Source of the DNA: Bacteroidaceae bacterium
GTDB taxonomy: Bacteria > Bacteroidota > Bacteroidia > Bacteroidales > Bacteroidaceae
Assembly: GCA_017534535.1 (NCBI GenBank)
Contig: JAFXVZ010000048.1
Span: 49,286-113,285 of the forward strand
Length of the DNA stretch: 64,000 bases
Direction of reading: 5' to 3'
The translations under genes were made by a program, and so were the position numbers. Position 1 is the stretch's first letter; each line of letters starts with the position of its first letter. Under the pieces are notes generated by a model. It was not told the origin of the DNA and searched no databases. It worked only from the letters and a program-made list of their open reading frames with translations. This document shows, in pieces, positions 18,617 to 28,413 of the stretch.

Positions 18617-21034
18617 TTATTTGATAAGGTGTGAAATGGTAGCGAACATGGTCACAATGGACGTTACGCCCGTGCCAATGGCAAGCCACCTAGACAAGGC
18701 ATTCTCGTCTCGAGGTGCTTTGGTGGGCACAACAATCTCACAACCAGGCTCAATCTTACTATTCTTGGCTAATCCCATGGTCCCGTTCTGATAAACCACA
18801 TAGGCATGATTCTTTTTGGCACGGTTGCCAAAGCCACCAGCCTGTTTGATGTAATACTTATAGCTTTTTCCTTCTTCATAGGCAACCGTGTTGGGCGAAC
18901 TTACATTGCCACTAATGCGAACAGTGTGGTTGAAACGAGGTACTATCAGGCGGTCGCCGTCCACCAACTCGATGTCCTGTGTTGAACCAGGGTGGGCAAG
19001 CGCCTCATCCAAGTGGATGCCCACAGAATATACATCACCCACGGTCACTTGGTCGATATCAATGGAGTCTTTGCCTGTTGCACTTTGCTGGGCGATTTGT
19101 AATACATTCCTCAAGCGGGCGCGTTCAGCTTGTGATAAGCGACGTTCAAGTCGAGCTCCTCTTACGTATGAACCAGGGATAACACCGCCTGCTGCTTTGA
19201 TGAGATCTGATAGGCGTTGGTTTTTCTCCTCCATAGTATAGGTGCCTTTAAATGCGACCTCCCCTTCTATTGTTACATTGATTTGGTTTTGGAAAACAGG
19301 ACTTGTCCTCACATGTACTACATCGTAGGGTTGGAGAGTAAAGCTGCGGTCACCATCAACCTCGTAGTTGTCTTTCAGCGCAAAGCTAAAGGTTTGAGCA
19401 AGTTCCATAGTTGCATCTCGGGCATTGGGGTCACGTAAGCGGCGTGCTACATCCACTTTAACAGCAGAAGCAGCATCAGTAAGGCCACCTGCTTGCAGCA
19501 CTAAGTCTTCTATAGTCATACCCTCTGCATATTCAAAGGTGCCTGGGAAAACCACTTCTCCATCAATCGTCAGAGTTCGCAAATTCTGGAGCTCGGCGAT
19601 GGTAGGAATGAACAACACGTCTTCATTTCGCAGCGTAACATCAGCAATTGTTCCATTCATGATCCCTTCCACATCCACAGATGTTACTTCTTGTGTGCGA
19701 TTGGCCTTCATGCGACGCAGTACAGCTCTCGATGTTAACGCTTCTTCTTTCAAGCCAGATGCGATTTCGATGAGAGAACGCACAGTGGTGACTTTTCCTC
19801 CAAGGTGATACATACCAGGTCGGTAGATGGCACCTCGGACTTCTACCATATTCTTATAGCGGTCAATGATAGAATCGACAGAAATGGAGTCGCCATCAGT
19901 AAGCATGAAGTTGGCAAAATCGTTCTCTTCCACATTATACACTGTTCGAAGGTCCTCACTCTTTCGAATTACACGAAGCAGTTTCTTATAAGCATCACCC
20001 GTAAATCCACCACTGTATTTCAAGAGGTTATTGATGGATTCTGTACTCCTCATTTCGTAGGCCATAGGCCGTCTTACCTTACCGGCAATGTCAACGATAC
20101 TTTCATATGCACCAACCTGGATCACATCGTTGTCCATCAGCGTAACATTACCTGCCAGGCGCCCGTTGAGGATAAACTCATAGACATCCACTGAAGATAT
20201 CTGTTTGCCTTGACGATAAACCTTGATGTCACGTAGGGTACCAAGCTCACTAATACCTCCTGCCATATAGAGGGCATGGAATACGGTGGCAAAAGCGCTC
20301 AAAGTGTAGGTTCCTGGCGTATTAACCTCTCCTAAAACGTTTACAACAATGGTACGTGTCTGACCAACGGTCACTTTTATCTCCGATTCTGAGTAATACC
20401 GCCCCATTTTTTCGGCTATACGACTTTGTGCTGCGTAAACCGTTAGTCCGCTTACTGGCAGAGGACCCACATTTGGGATTGTAACATTACCATCTGGGCT
20501 TACTGTTAGTGCCTGAGTCTCTTGGGTGGCGCCATAAACATCGATGATGAGTTGGTCTCCTGGGCCAAGTACATAGTTCTGTGGGGTGGCAATATTCATT
20601 TGAGGTTCGAAGGTAAGCAGACGATTGTTGAATATGTCGCGTCCGAAAACCTTTTTGCCCTTTTCCTCTATAGGATAGAGATAAAGTGAGTCTTCTTCGA
20701 TGAAATCTAAATCTGGCAACTTATCACGCAATTCCTTCAAAGGGGCATTATTCACTCTCATGCGATTTTCTGCATTGTCGATTGCCCTATCAACTGCACC
20801 ATCAATGTTGGCACGTTCAAGTTGGCGACTGTAGCGCTGCCGCATCTGCTGTATCTGACTCATCGTGGCTCCACGTTTGAGCAATTCAGTTGCAATATCG
20901 GTTTCCGACTTGCCTGCCTGGCGTTGCTGAATGGCGTATTGAAGTATCTGCGAATCGGTCATGGTCTGTTGTGCATAAGCTGTGATAAAGCAACCCATAC
21001 ACAAGGTAATTAATAGGAAAGTTTTTCTTATCAT
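18617..21034 (-). CDS. Wza/KpsD-like polysaccharide export protein with SLBB repeats
   Basis: Signal peptide; YVLGPGD; repeated GEV..PG.Y and AGG SLBB units. Confidence 0.9.
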   Translation of the reverse strand: MIRKTFLLITLCMGCFITAYAQQTMTDSQILQYAIQQRQAGKSETDIATELLKRGATMSQIQQMRQRYSRQLERANIDGAVDRAIDNAENRMRVNNAPLKELRDKLPDLDFIEEDSLYLYPIEEKGKKVFGRDIFNNRLLTFEPQMNIATPQNYVLGPGDQLIIDVYGATQETQALTVSPDGNVTIPNVGPLPVSGLTVYAAQSRIAEKMGRYYSESEIKVTVGQTRTIVVNVLGEVNTPGTYTLSAFATVFHALYMAGGISELGTLRDIKVYRQGKQISSVDVYEFILNGRLAGNVTLMDNDVIQVGAYESIVDIAGKVRRPMAYEMRSTESINNLLKYSGGFTGDAYKKLLRVIRKSEDLRTVYNVEENDFANFMLTDGDSISVDSIIDRYKNMVEVRGAIYRPGMYHLGGKVTTVRSLIEIASGLKEEALTSRAVLRRMKANRTQEVTSVDVEGIMNGTIADVTLRNEDVLFIPTIAELQNLRTLTIDGEVVFPGTFEYAEGMTIEDLVLQAGGLTDAASAVKVDVARRLRDPNARDATMELAQTFSFALKDNYEVDGDRSFTLQPYDVVHVRTSPVFQNQINVTIEGEVAFKGTYTMEEKNQRLSDLIKAAGGVIPGSYVRGARLERRLSQAERARLRNVLQIAQQSATGKDSIDIDQVTVGDVYSVGIHLDEALAHPGSTQDIELVDGDRLIVPRFNHTVRISGNVSSPNTVAYEEGKSYKYYIKQAGGFGNRAKKNHAYVVYQNGTMGLAKNSKIEPGCEIVVPTKAPRDENALSRWLAIGTGVTSIVTMFATISHLIK

Positions 21035-21046
21035 GGTCTTTTGTTT

Positions 21047-21718
21047 TTATTCAATTATCTGCAGGAAAGCAGAAGGAACATATGCTGTGGCTATTAGACC
21101 TACATTCGAAATGGTTACAATCACTCGTTGTTGTCCTTGTACCCTTGCCACTTTTCCTTCAACTCCCTTAAACATACCATCTATTACCCTGACTCTTTCA
21201 CCACCTTTGAACTTGCATCGGTTTGATTCAACTACCATTAGGTGCTCATTCATGTTACTAGTTGCCTTGATGAAGTTTTCCATCTCACTGGTTGGTATCA
21301 CCAATGGAGGATTTTTGTCTTCTATGTAACAGAAATGATTGTAGTAGAACGACAGATATGAAAGGGATGCGGTTTCCATCACATATTCATGGACTTTCTT
21401 CTCCGTTGTATATACAAACAACAGGTTGGGGATGAGGTGTTCTAAAACTTTTGTCCGCTTACCATTCAAAATCTTATATGTGATCCGCTTTGCTACATAT
21501 CCGTAAGTGCCGTCAGCCACAATATAGTCAAGGGCTCTGTCTTCTCTGCCATAAGAGGCTCGAAGCACATACCATTGTTTTCCAACGTCATGGACATATC
21601 TCACCGACACCCCTGAGTCTGAGCTTTTGACTTCGGGGATAGCATTAAATGCAAATTCAATGCTCGGAGATTGGATACCCTCTCCGGAGGCTTTCACATT
21701 AGACAATGTGACATCCAT
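21047..21718 (-). CDS. upxY: UpxY (NusG/RfaH-like) antitermination factor
   Basis: WYVLR, LIPNLLFV and KOW motif VRVIDGMFKGVEG; heads the polysaccharide operon; ATG 21718 follows the -7 element (ORF track starts at 21733). Confidence 0.88.
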   Translation of the reverse strand: MDVTLSNVKASGEGIQSPSIEFAFNAIPEVKSSDSGVSVRYVHDVGKQWYVLRASYGREDRALDYIVADGTYGYVAKRITYKILNGKRTKVLEHLIPNLLFVYTTEKKVHEYVMETASLSYLSFYYNHFCYIEDKNPPLVIPTSEMENFIKATSNMNEHLMVVESNRCKFKGGERVRVIDGMFKGVEGKVARVQGQQRVIVTISNVGLIATAYVPSAFLQIIE

Positions 21719-21740
21719 GGCTTTTGTTTCCAATGTGGGG

Positions 21741-21748
21741 CAAAGGTA
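21741..21748 (-). promoter_or_regulatory. -7 promoter element of the upxY polysaccharide operon
   Basis: TACCTTTG on the minus strand. Confidence 0.6.
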
Positions 21749-21946
21749 CGTACTTTTTTTTACATTTCATACCAAACGTCTTTTTTTTTCATTATCTTTA
21801 CAAAGGAGATAATTTTCTTTATAAAAGTATGAAACGATTGATTTTATTTTTATGTTGCAACTCAAAACTATATAGAAAAGCAAGAGTACTTGTTGGGAGC
21901 ACCCTTTGTGATGATAATAAGAAAATAATTAAGGTAAAACCTCTCA

Positions 21947-22150
21947 CTACCCTTTCCTCTGCGACGGCCTGTTGGCACGACGCTTTCGGATATCAGCCTT
22001 CATTTTGGCGGAGGCAGATTTGTGAGCACCTGTTATGTAAGTTTTCTTTTTGGCCTTCGTCTTAATTTTATTTGTCTCTTTAGGCTTATCGCTTTTGCCT
22101 TTGAACACCACGCCGTGCATGATGATTTTTTCGATATCTTCTCCTGCCAT
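21947..22150 (-). CDS. Small, highly basic hypothetical protein (67 aa)
   Basis: ATG 11 bp after the upstream stop; K/R-rich KAKKKTYITGAHKSASAKMKADIRKRRANR. Confidence 0.65.
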   Translation of the reverse strand: MAGEDIEKIIMHGVVFKGKSDKPKETNKIKTKAKKKTYITGAHKSASAKMKADIRKRRANRPSQRKG

Positions 22151-22161
22151 AGTTTTTGATA

Positions 22162-23472
22162 TTAACGTGTTTCTACACTTTTTATTTCTCCCACAAAGAT
22201 GTTGGCATGACCAGGGCCAGGCTTCTCTTTCGTCACATTCATACACTTCATTACCACTGATGGCTCTTTAGTGCCCTCGGGATAGAAGGCTACCATATAC
22301 TCCTTCGCCTGAACCAGTGTTTGATAGTTCTGGTCAGGAGTCAAGATGGTGTTAATGAACTTCTTTCCGTCTCGGGATGAAAGATAGCCTCCAGCATTGG
22401 CTGTCATTGTAGTACGGTTGAACTCGTCTTCGCCAATGATAATTACCAAGCGACCGTTGCCGGCCTGAATCTTATCGGTCGTCAGCTCTGGGAACGCCTC
22501 CGAAGACTCCTCAAGGTTAGCAGCAGTCTTCTCTACAGGCATAGCAATTTCTTCTGCATTAGTAACTTCCTCCACTATAGCAGATTCTAACCTGGACTTT
22601 GTTTCCTCCATAACCTTCACTGTTTCCACGGGTTTTGTGGCCTCCGCCAAAGGAATAGTGGGGTTAATGTCAGGAGCTGCAGATTTAGGCTGAGGCTTAG
22701 CAAGCGTAGTTTCAACAGGTTTTGTAACTTCAACTGGCATAACAGTTTCTGTTTCTGTCTTAATCTCTACAGGCTTAGCTTCTTCAATTTTTACAGCTTC
22801 CACCACATCAACTCGGCTATCTATCACTGCCACAGCATCTGAGTTGCGAGTCTCTTCTGGTTTTCCATCTGCTTTCACGACTCCGAAACCACTAAGTGCC
22901 TTCTGCAAACTCTCGTTCATATCATCTACAAAGTCAACCGTTTTCCTGCGCCACTTTGCAAAACCTCTTGCCAAACGGGACTGGTCCTTCGTCAGTGCCA
23001 CTTCATCGCTGATCCAATCCTCAGCCACATAAATCTCCTTTTCATTCGGATAATCATAGCGGATATTCTTGATCTGCAGAACACATTTTCCCTCGTCGCA
23101 GTTGGCAGTCATTTGATACATCACCTTTGTTCGGTCCAGTGCCAACGCGCTGTTGGAGAACACAATATACTCCTCACCATTTGCTGCAAGCTGCCCTTTC
23201 TCCTCATTCTCGTATGCCAATCTACTTTTGTTGGCGTTCTTATGCATACGCACATCCATCCACTCCTTCGTCTTGGCATACACCTCATCTTTACTCATAC
23301 CGGCAATACTATACTCCTTGGAAAACACTACCTTACCATTAACCGTTGGTACAGCACCTTTTAAGTAGTAAGAGTCCTCGTGGTTGGCATTTTCATTCTT
23401 TTGCGCCAACACTTGCTGTGGCACACAAAAGGCCAAAGCAGATATGCAGATAGAAAAAAGTTTCTTTCTCAT
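22162..23472 (-). CDS. DUF4468-domain exported protein with a central low-complexity E/T/P/V linker
   Basis: Signal peptide; YLKGAVP..GKVVF; AEDWISD; KWRRKTVDF; -7 element TATCTTTG at 23498-23505. Confidence 0.7.
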   Translation of the reverse strand: MRKKLFSICISALAFCVPQQVLAQKNENANHEDSYYLKGAVPTVNGKVVFSKEYSIAGMSKDEVYAKTKEWMDVRMHKNANKSRLAYENEEKGQLAANGEEYIVFSNSALALDRTKVMYQMTANCDEGKCVLQIKNIRYDYPNEKEIYVAEDWISDEVALTKDQSRLARGFAKWRRKTVDFVDDMNESLQKALSGFGVVKADGKPEETRNSDAVAVIDSRVDVVEAVKIEEAKPVEIKTETETVMPVEVTKPVETTLAKPQPKSAAPDINPTIPLAEATKPVETVKVMEETKSRLESAIVEEVTNAEEIAMPVEKTAANLEESSEAFPELTTDKIQAGNGRLVIIIGEDEFNRTTMTANAGGYLSSRDGKKFINTILTPDQNYQTLVQAKEYMVAFYPEGTKEPSVVMKCMNVTKEKPGPGHANIFVGEIKSVETR

Positions 23473-23695
23473 AATGATTATTCTTTAATCTTGACCACAA
23501 AGATAATACTTTTCATCTAATTATCCCCATACATTTCAATGAAACTTGTATATTTTGCACAAAAACGCCGTGATTGTGCAAAAAATATGCCCAAATCCTT
23601 GCATCGTTTTGAATATTGTCTTACATTTGCAGCCGTTTTGCGGAGAATGCTCCAAAAAAAGCGAAAAATTAACCATTTTATTTATAGGTAAAAAG

Positions 23696-25084
23696 ATGAA
23701 AAAGACATTACTTAGCTTGGCTATGCTGAGCATTTCTGCCTCTGCTTTGGCAGGTGGTGTATTGACCAATACAAACCAATCGGTAGCGTTTATCAGAATG
23801 ATGACACGTGGTGCCATGATAGATTCTGATGGACCTTATTCCAATCCTGCAGGATTAGGATTCTTGCAACGCGAAGGCCTCCACCTCTCATTTAATTGGC
23901 AAAATGCCTACCAAGAGCGCAATATCGATGCAACCTTCCCCCTGTTCCCTGAAGCTAACAACCATCGTTTCTATAAAGGTACTGCATCAGCACCAGTTAT
24001 TCCTTCACTTTTCCTCACATACAAGAAAGGTCCTTGGGCAATTTCAGCCTACGGTGGTGTTGTAGGTGGAGGCGGTGAGGCATCTTACAGCACGGGCTTG
24101 CCTATGTTTGATTCTGGAGTGATGGCGAAAATTGCTGCCAATCCCACTATGCAGACCTTGATGCAAGCCACCGGCTCCAAAGCGGCTTCCGACCTTTACG
24201 ATCTCAATACCGCTATGAAGGGACGACAGTTCATCTACTCCTTTCAAGCTGGTGTTTCATATCGTGCAACCGACTGGCTGTCAGTATATGCCGGTATGCG
24301 CATGAACTATTTCACGGGAGGTTATAAAGGATATGTAACTGCTTCAGCGAAACCAGAGTTGTTGCAGAATCCAATCATCCAACAGGCTGCAGCTGTCAAC
24401 CCAGCTTTGGCTGCACTTGCCAACCAACCTTTGGTAGATTTGCGTCTTGACGTTGACCAGAAAGGGTGGGGCGTAGCTCCTATTATTGGTGCTCACGTAA
24501 AACTCAACAAATGGAACATCGGTTTGAAATATGAGATGAAGGCAAACCTAAATATCGAGAACGAGACCAAAGAGAACTCTGACCCTAATGGCTCTTTGGC
24601 AGCTTACAGCAATGGTGTGAATACCCCCAGTGATGTGCCAGCTCTGTTTAGTGCAGCCGTGATGTACGAGGTATTGCCAACTCTACGTGCCAGTGTAGAA
24701 TATCACCATTTCTTCGACAAGAATGCCGAGATGGCGAACGACAAACAGAAGACCCTGACGCGTGGTACAAATGAGTATCAAGTAGGTGTTGAGTGGGATG
24801 CCCACAAGTACATCACTCTCAGTGCAGGTTATCAGCGCACAGATTATGGCTTGAGCGATGATTTCCAGTATGACACCTCATTTTTCTGCGACTCTTACTC
24901 TATGGGCTTTGGTGGCATTGTTCACCTCTCTTCTCGTATGAAAATTAATGTTGGTTATTTCTGGACACATTACCATAAATATACCAAGCAGTCAAGTAAT
25001 TATAATGGTACCTCTTTGCCTGGTACCAATGTGTATAGTCGCCATAATAAGGTGTTTGGTGCAAGCATTGACTACATCTTTTGA
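23696..25084 (+). CDS. FadL/OmpP1-like outer-membrane transport protein
   Basis: Signal peptide; GGVLTNTNQS and NPAG motifs; beta-barrel C-terminus IDYIF; -7 element TACATTTG at 23622-23629. Confidence 0.8.
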   Translation: MKKTLLSLAMLSISASALAGGVLTNTNQSVAFIRMMTRGAMIDSDGPYSNPAGLGFLQREGLHLSFNWQNAYQERNIDATFPLFPEANNHRFYKGTASAPVIPSLFLTYKKGPWAISAYGGVVGGGGEASYSTGLPMFDSGVMAKIAANPTMQTLMQATGSKAASDLYDLNTAMKGRQFIYSFQAGVSYRATDWLSVYAGMRMNYFTGGYKGYVTASAKPELLQNPIIQQAAAVNPALAALANQPLVDLRLDVDQKGWGVAPIIGAHVKLNKWNIGLKYEMKANLNIENETKENSDPNGSLAAYSNGVNTPSDVPALFSAAVMYEVLPTLRASVEYHHFFDKNAEMANDKQKTLTRGTNEYQVGVEWDAHKYITLSAGYQRTDYGLSDDFQYDTSFFCDSYSMGFGGIVHLSSRMKINVGYFWTHYHKYTKQSSNYNGTSLPGTNVYSRHNKVFGASIDYIF

Positions 25085-25114
25085 TTGGCGATTGACTATT
25101 GAAAATTGACAATT
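25084..25114. repeat. Degenerate heptamer tandem repeat (ATTGACA-like), 4.4 copies
   Basis: attggcg attgact attgaaa attgaca att. Confidence 0.6.
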
Positions 25115-25150
25115 TCGACGCAAAAGTTTGCATAGTTCACACATTATGCC

Positions 25151-25158
25151 TACTTTTG
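25151..25158 (+). promoter_or_regulatory. -7 promoter element for yhhQ-queC
   Basis: TACTTTTG. Confidence 0.6.
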
Positions 25159-25192
25159 CGCCGATTTTTAATTGGATGCTGCAAGTAGCAGC

Positions 25193-25226
25193 CGTGTATT
25201 CCAGAACACCACGTAAAAAACAGGAA
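25193..25226 (+). promoter_or_regulatory. preQ1-I-like riboswitch
   Basis: CGTG stem, loop TATTCCAGAACAC, CACG, then AAAAAAC-AGGAA; directly upstream of yhhQ-queC. Confidence 0.65.
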
Positions 25227-25228
25227 AT

Positions 25229-25909
25229 ATGAAACAACAAGTATCAGTAACATTTATGCTGCTGGGCATATTGTTTAATGTATGCCTCGTAGCTTCCAAT
25301 CTCCTTGGAACCAAGCTAATAGATGTCTTTGGCATCAGTGTAACGGGAGGTCTCATGATTTTCCCCATCTCCTATATCATCAACGACTGCGTAGCAGAAG
25401 TTTGGGGCTATCGAAAGGCTCGTCTGCTCATTTGGAGTGGTTTCGTCAGTAATTTTTTTACGGTTGCCGTAGGTTTAATAGCCGTAGCCATCCCTGCTGC
25501 CCCTTTTTGGGAAGGTGAGGAACACTTCAACTTTGTCTTTGGAATGGCGCCTCGCATCGCCTGTGCCTCATTGATGGCTTACCTTGTGGGTTCTTTCCTA
25601 AACGCTTGGGTTATGAGTCGCATGAAGATAGCCAGCAAGGGAGCCCGTTTTTCCCTACGTGCTATCTGGTCAACCATCGTGGGTGAAACTGGCGACTCTT
25701 TGATTTTCTTTCCCATCGCTTTTGGCGGACTCATTGGTTGGTATGAGCTCATCGTTATGATGATTACCCAAATCATCCTCAAGACCTTGTATGAAATTAT
25801 CGTATTGCCCATCACCATCCGTGTAGTCAGGAAAGTCAAGAAGATCGAAGAAACAGATGTGTACGATGACAACGTATCCTATAATGTGTTGAACGTAAAA
25901 GACATTTAG
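25229..25909 (+). CDS. yhhQ: Queuosine precursor transporter (Vut_1/YhhQ)
   Basis: [17 protein letters not shown] and R...ST.VGE..DS..F motifs; adjacent to queC. Confidence 0.9.
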   Translation: MKQQVSVTFMLLGILFNVCLVASNLLGTKLIDVFGISVTGGLMIFPISYIINDCVAEVWGYRKARLLIWSGFVSNFFTVAVGLIAVAIPAAPFWEGEEHFNFVFGMAPRIACASLMAYLVGSFLNAWVMSRMKIASKGARFSLRAIWSTIVGETGDSLIFFPIAFGGLIGWYELIVMMITQIILKTLYEIIVLPITIRVVRKVKKIEETDVYDDNVSYNVLNVKDI

Positions 25910-25911
25910 CT

Positions 25912-26574
25912 ATGATAGACGATAAAGTACTTGTGGTGTTCAGCGGTGGCCAGGACTCCACCACTTGCCTTTTTTGGGCAAAACGAGAGTTTAAGGAAGT
26001 GTATGCTGTGAGTTACCGGTATGGTCAGAAGCATGAAATAGAAGTGGAATTGGCTCGCAAAATTGCCGAGAAAGCTGGAGTGCCTTTCGAGGAGATGAGC
26101 ATTCCCTTGGTGGGGCAGTTGGGACATAACTCTTTGACTGATGTCACGATGGAGATGGATCAGGAGGTTCCTGAGAAAGGTTTGCCTAACACCTTCGTTC
26201 CAGGTCGAAATATGTTCTTCCTCAGCATCGCTGCTGTCTATGCTCGAGAACGTGGCATTCGACACTTGGTTACTGGCGTGTCACAAACCGACTATAGTGG
26301 CTACCCCGATTGTCGCGATGCCTTCATCAAGTCGTTGAACGTCACACTCAACCTTGCTATGGATTATCAGTTTGTGTTGCATACCCCTTTGATGTGGATT
26401 GACAAGGCACAGACTTGGGAATTATCAGATCAGTTAGGTGTGCTCGATCTTGTGCGCAATGAAACCCTCACTTGCTACAATGGCATCCAGGGTGATGGAT
26501 GCGGACATTGTCCATCCTGCAAGTTACGTAACGAAGGATTGAAAAAATACTTGGCCTACAAGGCTACTTTGTAA
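25912..26574 (+). CDS. queC: 7-cyano-7-deazaguanine synthase
   Basis: SGGQDST, VPGRN, GYPDCR and TCYNG...GCGHCPSC motifs. Confidence 0.96.
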   Translation: MIDDKVLVVFSGGQDSTTCLFWAKREFKEVYAVSYRYGQKHEIEVELARKIAEKAGVPFEEMSIPLVGQLGHNSLTDVTMEMDQEVPEKGLPNTFVPGRNMFFLSIAAVYARERGIRHLVTGVSQTDYSGYPDCRDAFIKSLNVTLNLAMDYQFVLHTPLMWIDKAQTWELSDQLGVLDLVRNETLTCYNGIQGDGCGHCPSCKLRNEGLKKYLAYKATL

Positions 26575-26659
26575 TTTTACACCCTAATTAACCTATTTTA
26601 TTTTTGTTTTCTAATTATTTGTTTGTACTTTTACCCCGAAAACCAAAAATAGAACGGCA

Positions 26660-27322
26660 ATGATTAGGAAATTGATAGGTATGGTATTGTTGGTGTTGAT
26701 GGCTCTCCCATTGACTGCACAGGAAATTTCGGGCGTTGTTTTGAAAAATGGCAAGCCAAAGAAAGGCATTACTGTTTGGCTCAAGAAAGCTGATAAAGTT
26801 ATGGAAACCGACAAAGATGGACGGTTCTCGTTCACTGACGTATATCAGGGTGACACACTCCAGATTACGGCAACAGCTAAAGCGGATGCCAAAATCGTGA
26901 TATCTGATTGGAAAGAAATCACTATTAACCTTGAAAAGAAGAACTATACCTTCAACGACGGCACAACAGAGACTTCAGCTGAATACATTATGTTGCCTGC
27001 CATGAAGCCGGGCGAGGGAGTGACTCATGACATGATTATGCGCTCTGGTCTACGCACCATTCCAGACATCATCCGCAACTACATTTCGGGCGTGGTGGTG
27101 TTCACCGATGGAGGGAGCACTAAAGTGCAGGTTCATGGCATCAATTCCGTCAACTCAGGAACAGACCCGCTGGTTGTGCTCGATGGTGTGGCTATTCAAG
27201 GAGCCGACCTTGACACCCTCGTTCCTGTGGAGTCCATTGCTTCCCTCAAGGTAATTAAAGACGGTGCTGGCTATGGCGTACGTGGGGCGAATGGTGTAAT
27301 TGAGATTGAAACCATTAAGTGA
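26660..27322 (+). CDS. Exported protein with a carboxypeptidase-regulatory-like domain and a TonB-receptor plug domain, no barrel
   Basis: Signal peptide; TDKDGRF; PLVVLDG...VIKDGAGYGVRGANGVIEIET. Confidence 0.7.
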   Translation: MIRKLIGMVLLVLMALPLTAQEISGVVLKNGKPKKGITVWLKKADKVMETDKDGRFSFTDVYQGDTLQITATAKADAKIVISDWKEITINLEKKNYTFNDGTTETSAEYIMLPAMKPGEGVTHDMIMRSGLRTIPDIIRNYISGVVVFTDGGSTKVQVHGINSVNSGTDPLVVLDGVAIQGADLDTLVPVESIASLKVIKDGAGYGVRGANGVIEIETIK

Positions 27323-28401
27323 TGAAACGTTGGTTGTTAATTATAGGGCTTGTGATGGCTAACTTCTGTGTTTGGGCGCAAGAGGAGGAGATGGCCAATT
27401 ATAACATCAGCGGTACAGTACCAGCTGGTGTCAAAGCCGTGTTTCTCAACTCCCTCCACAGTGAACCTATCGATACTGCTTTCGTGGATAATGGCCGATT
27501 CCAAATGCAGGGAGTTCTCCCCATGCATACCTTCGTTACAGTAGTAGATGATGGCACCGACCTACCTGTGAATGTGCTTATCGATGGGTTTCCTTTGGGA
27601 ATTAATATGGAACGCAGTACTGTAAAGGGCTCGAAAATCAATGAACGACTCAACAAGGTAGATCGCCAAATCACTAACCTCACCATCGATTATATGCAAG
27701 ATCAGATGGAGTATGCGCAGGTGAAACCTTGGCAGACTGAGGAACGTGATTCGCTGCGACGCGTCATGGCAGCAACTTATAACAAGTTGGTGGTAGAGAT
27801 GAAGAATGTCATGCGCGATAACCCCGACAATGTCATTCCTGCTCTCTACCTCTCGCAGATATACAATACCTTCACCATCGACGAACTGAAGGAATATCTC
27901 GATGAGAGTCATTCTTATGCTACCCATCCCCTTTGTGTGGGTGCTTGGCGTATGCTTAACCACTATGAGAAAACCAACATCGGCACGCGTTTTACAGACC
28001 TCGTTGAGGTTGATACCGCAGGTGTGAGTCATTCCCTGAGCGAATATGTGGGTAAGGGCAACATTGTGATGGTAGATTTCTGGGCAAGTTGGTGTGCGCC
28101 CTGTATGGCAGAAATGGAGCATCTCAAAGCTGTCTATAACAAATATCGTGACAAGGGCTTCCTGATAGTAGGCCTCTCTTTTGACCGTGGTCGTGATTCA
28201 TGGGTGAATGCCATCAACAACCACGAACTAAACTGGATACACCTCAGCGACCTCAAGTATTGGAATAGCAAAGCCTCTGTGGTTTATGGCATCAGCTCCA
28301 TACCAGCCAGCCTGTTGTTGGATGGTGAGGGTACCATCATAGCCACTGATTTGCGAGGCATAGAACTTGACAGAAAACTTAGACAAATATTTGGATATTA
28401 A
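27319..28401 (+). CDS. TlpA/ResA-type thiol-disulfide oxidoreductase (DUF4369 N-terminus)
   Basis: VDFWASWCAPC; signal peptide. Confidence 0.88.
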   Translation: MMKRWLLIIGLVMANFCVWAQEEEMANYNISGTVPAGVKAVFLNSLHSEPIDTAFVDNGRFQMQGVLPMHTFVTVVDDGTDLPVNVLIDGFPLGINMERSTVKGSKINERLNKVDRQITNLTIDYMQDQMEYAQVKPWQTEERDSLRRVMAATYNKLVVEMKNVMRDNPDNVIPALYLSQIYNTFTIDELKEYLDESHSYATHPLCVGAWRMLNHYEKTNIGTRFTDLVEVDTAGVSHSLSEYVGKGNIVMVDFWASWCAPCMAEMEHLKAVYNKYRDKGFLIVGLSFDRGRDSWVNAINNHELNWIHLSDLKYWNSKASVVYGISSIPASLLLDGEGTIIATDLRGIELDRKLRQIFGY

Positions 28402-28413
28402 TATTTTACCATT

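Noticed and set aside
21750-21946. Invertible capsule promoter
   Set aside because: No convincing flanking inverted repeats and no adjacent recombinase were seen.
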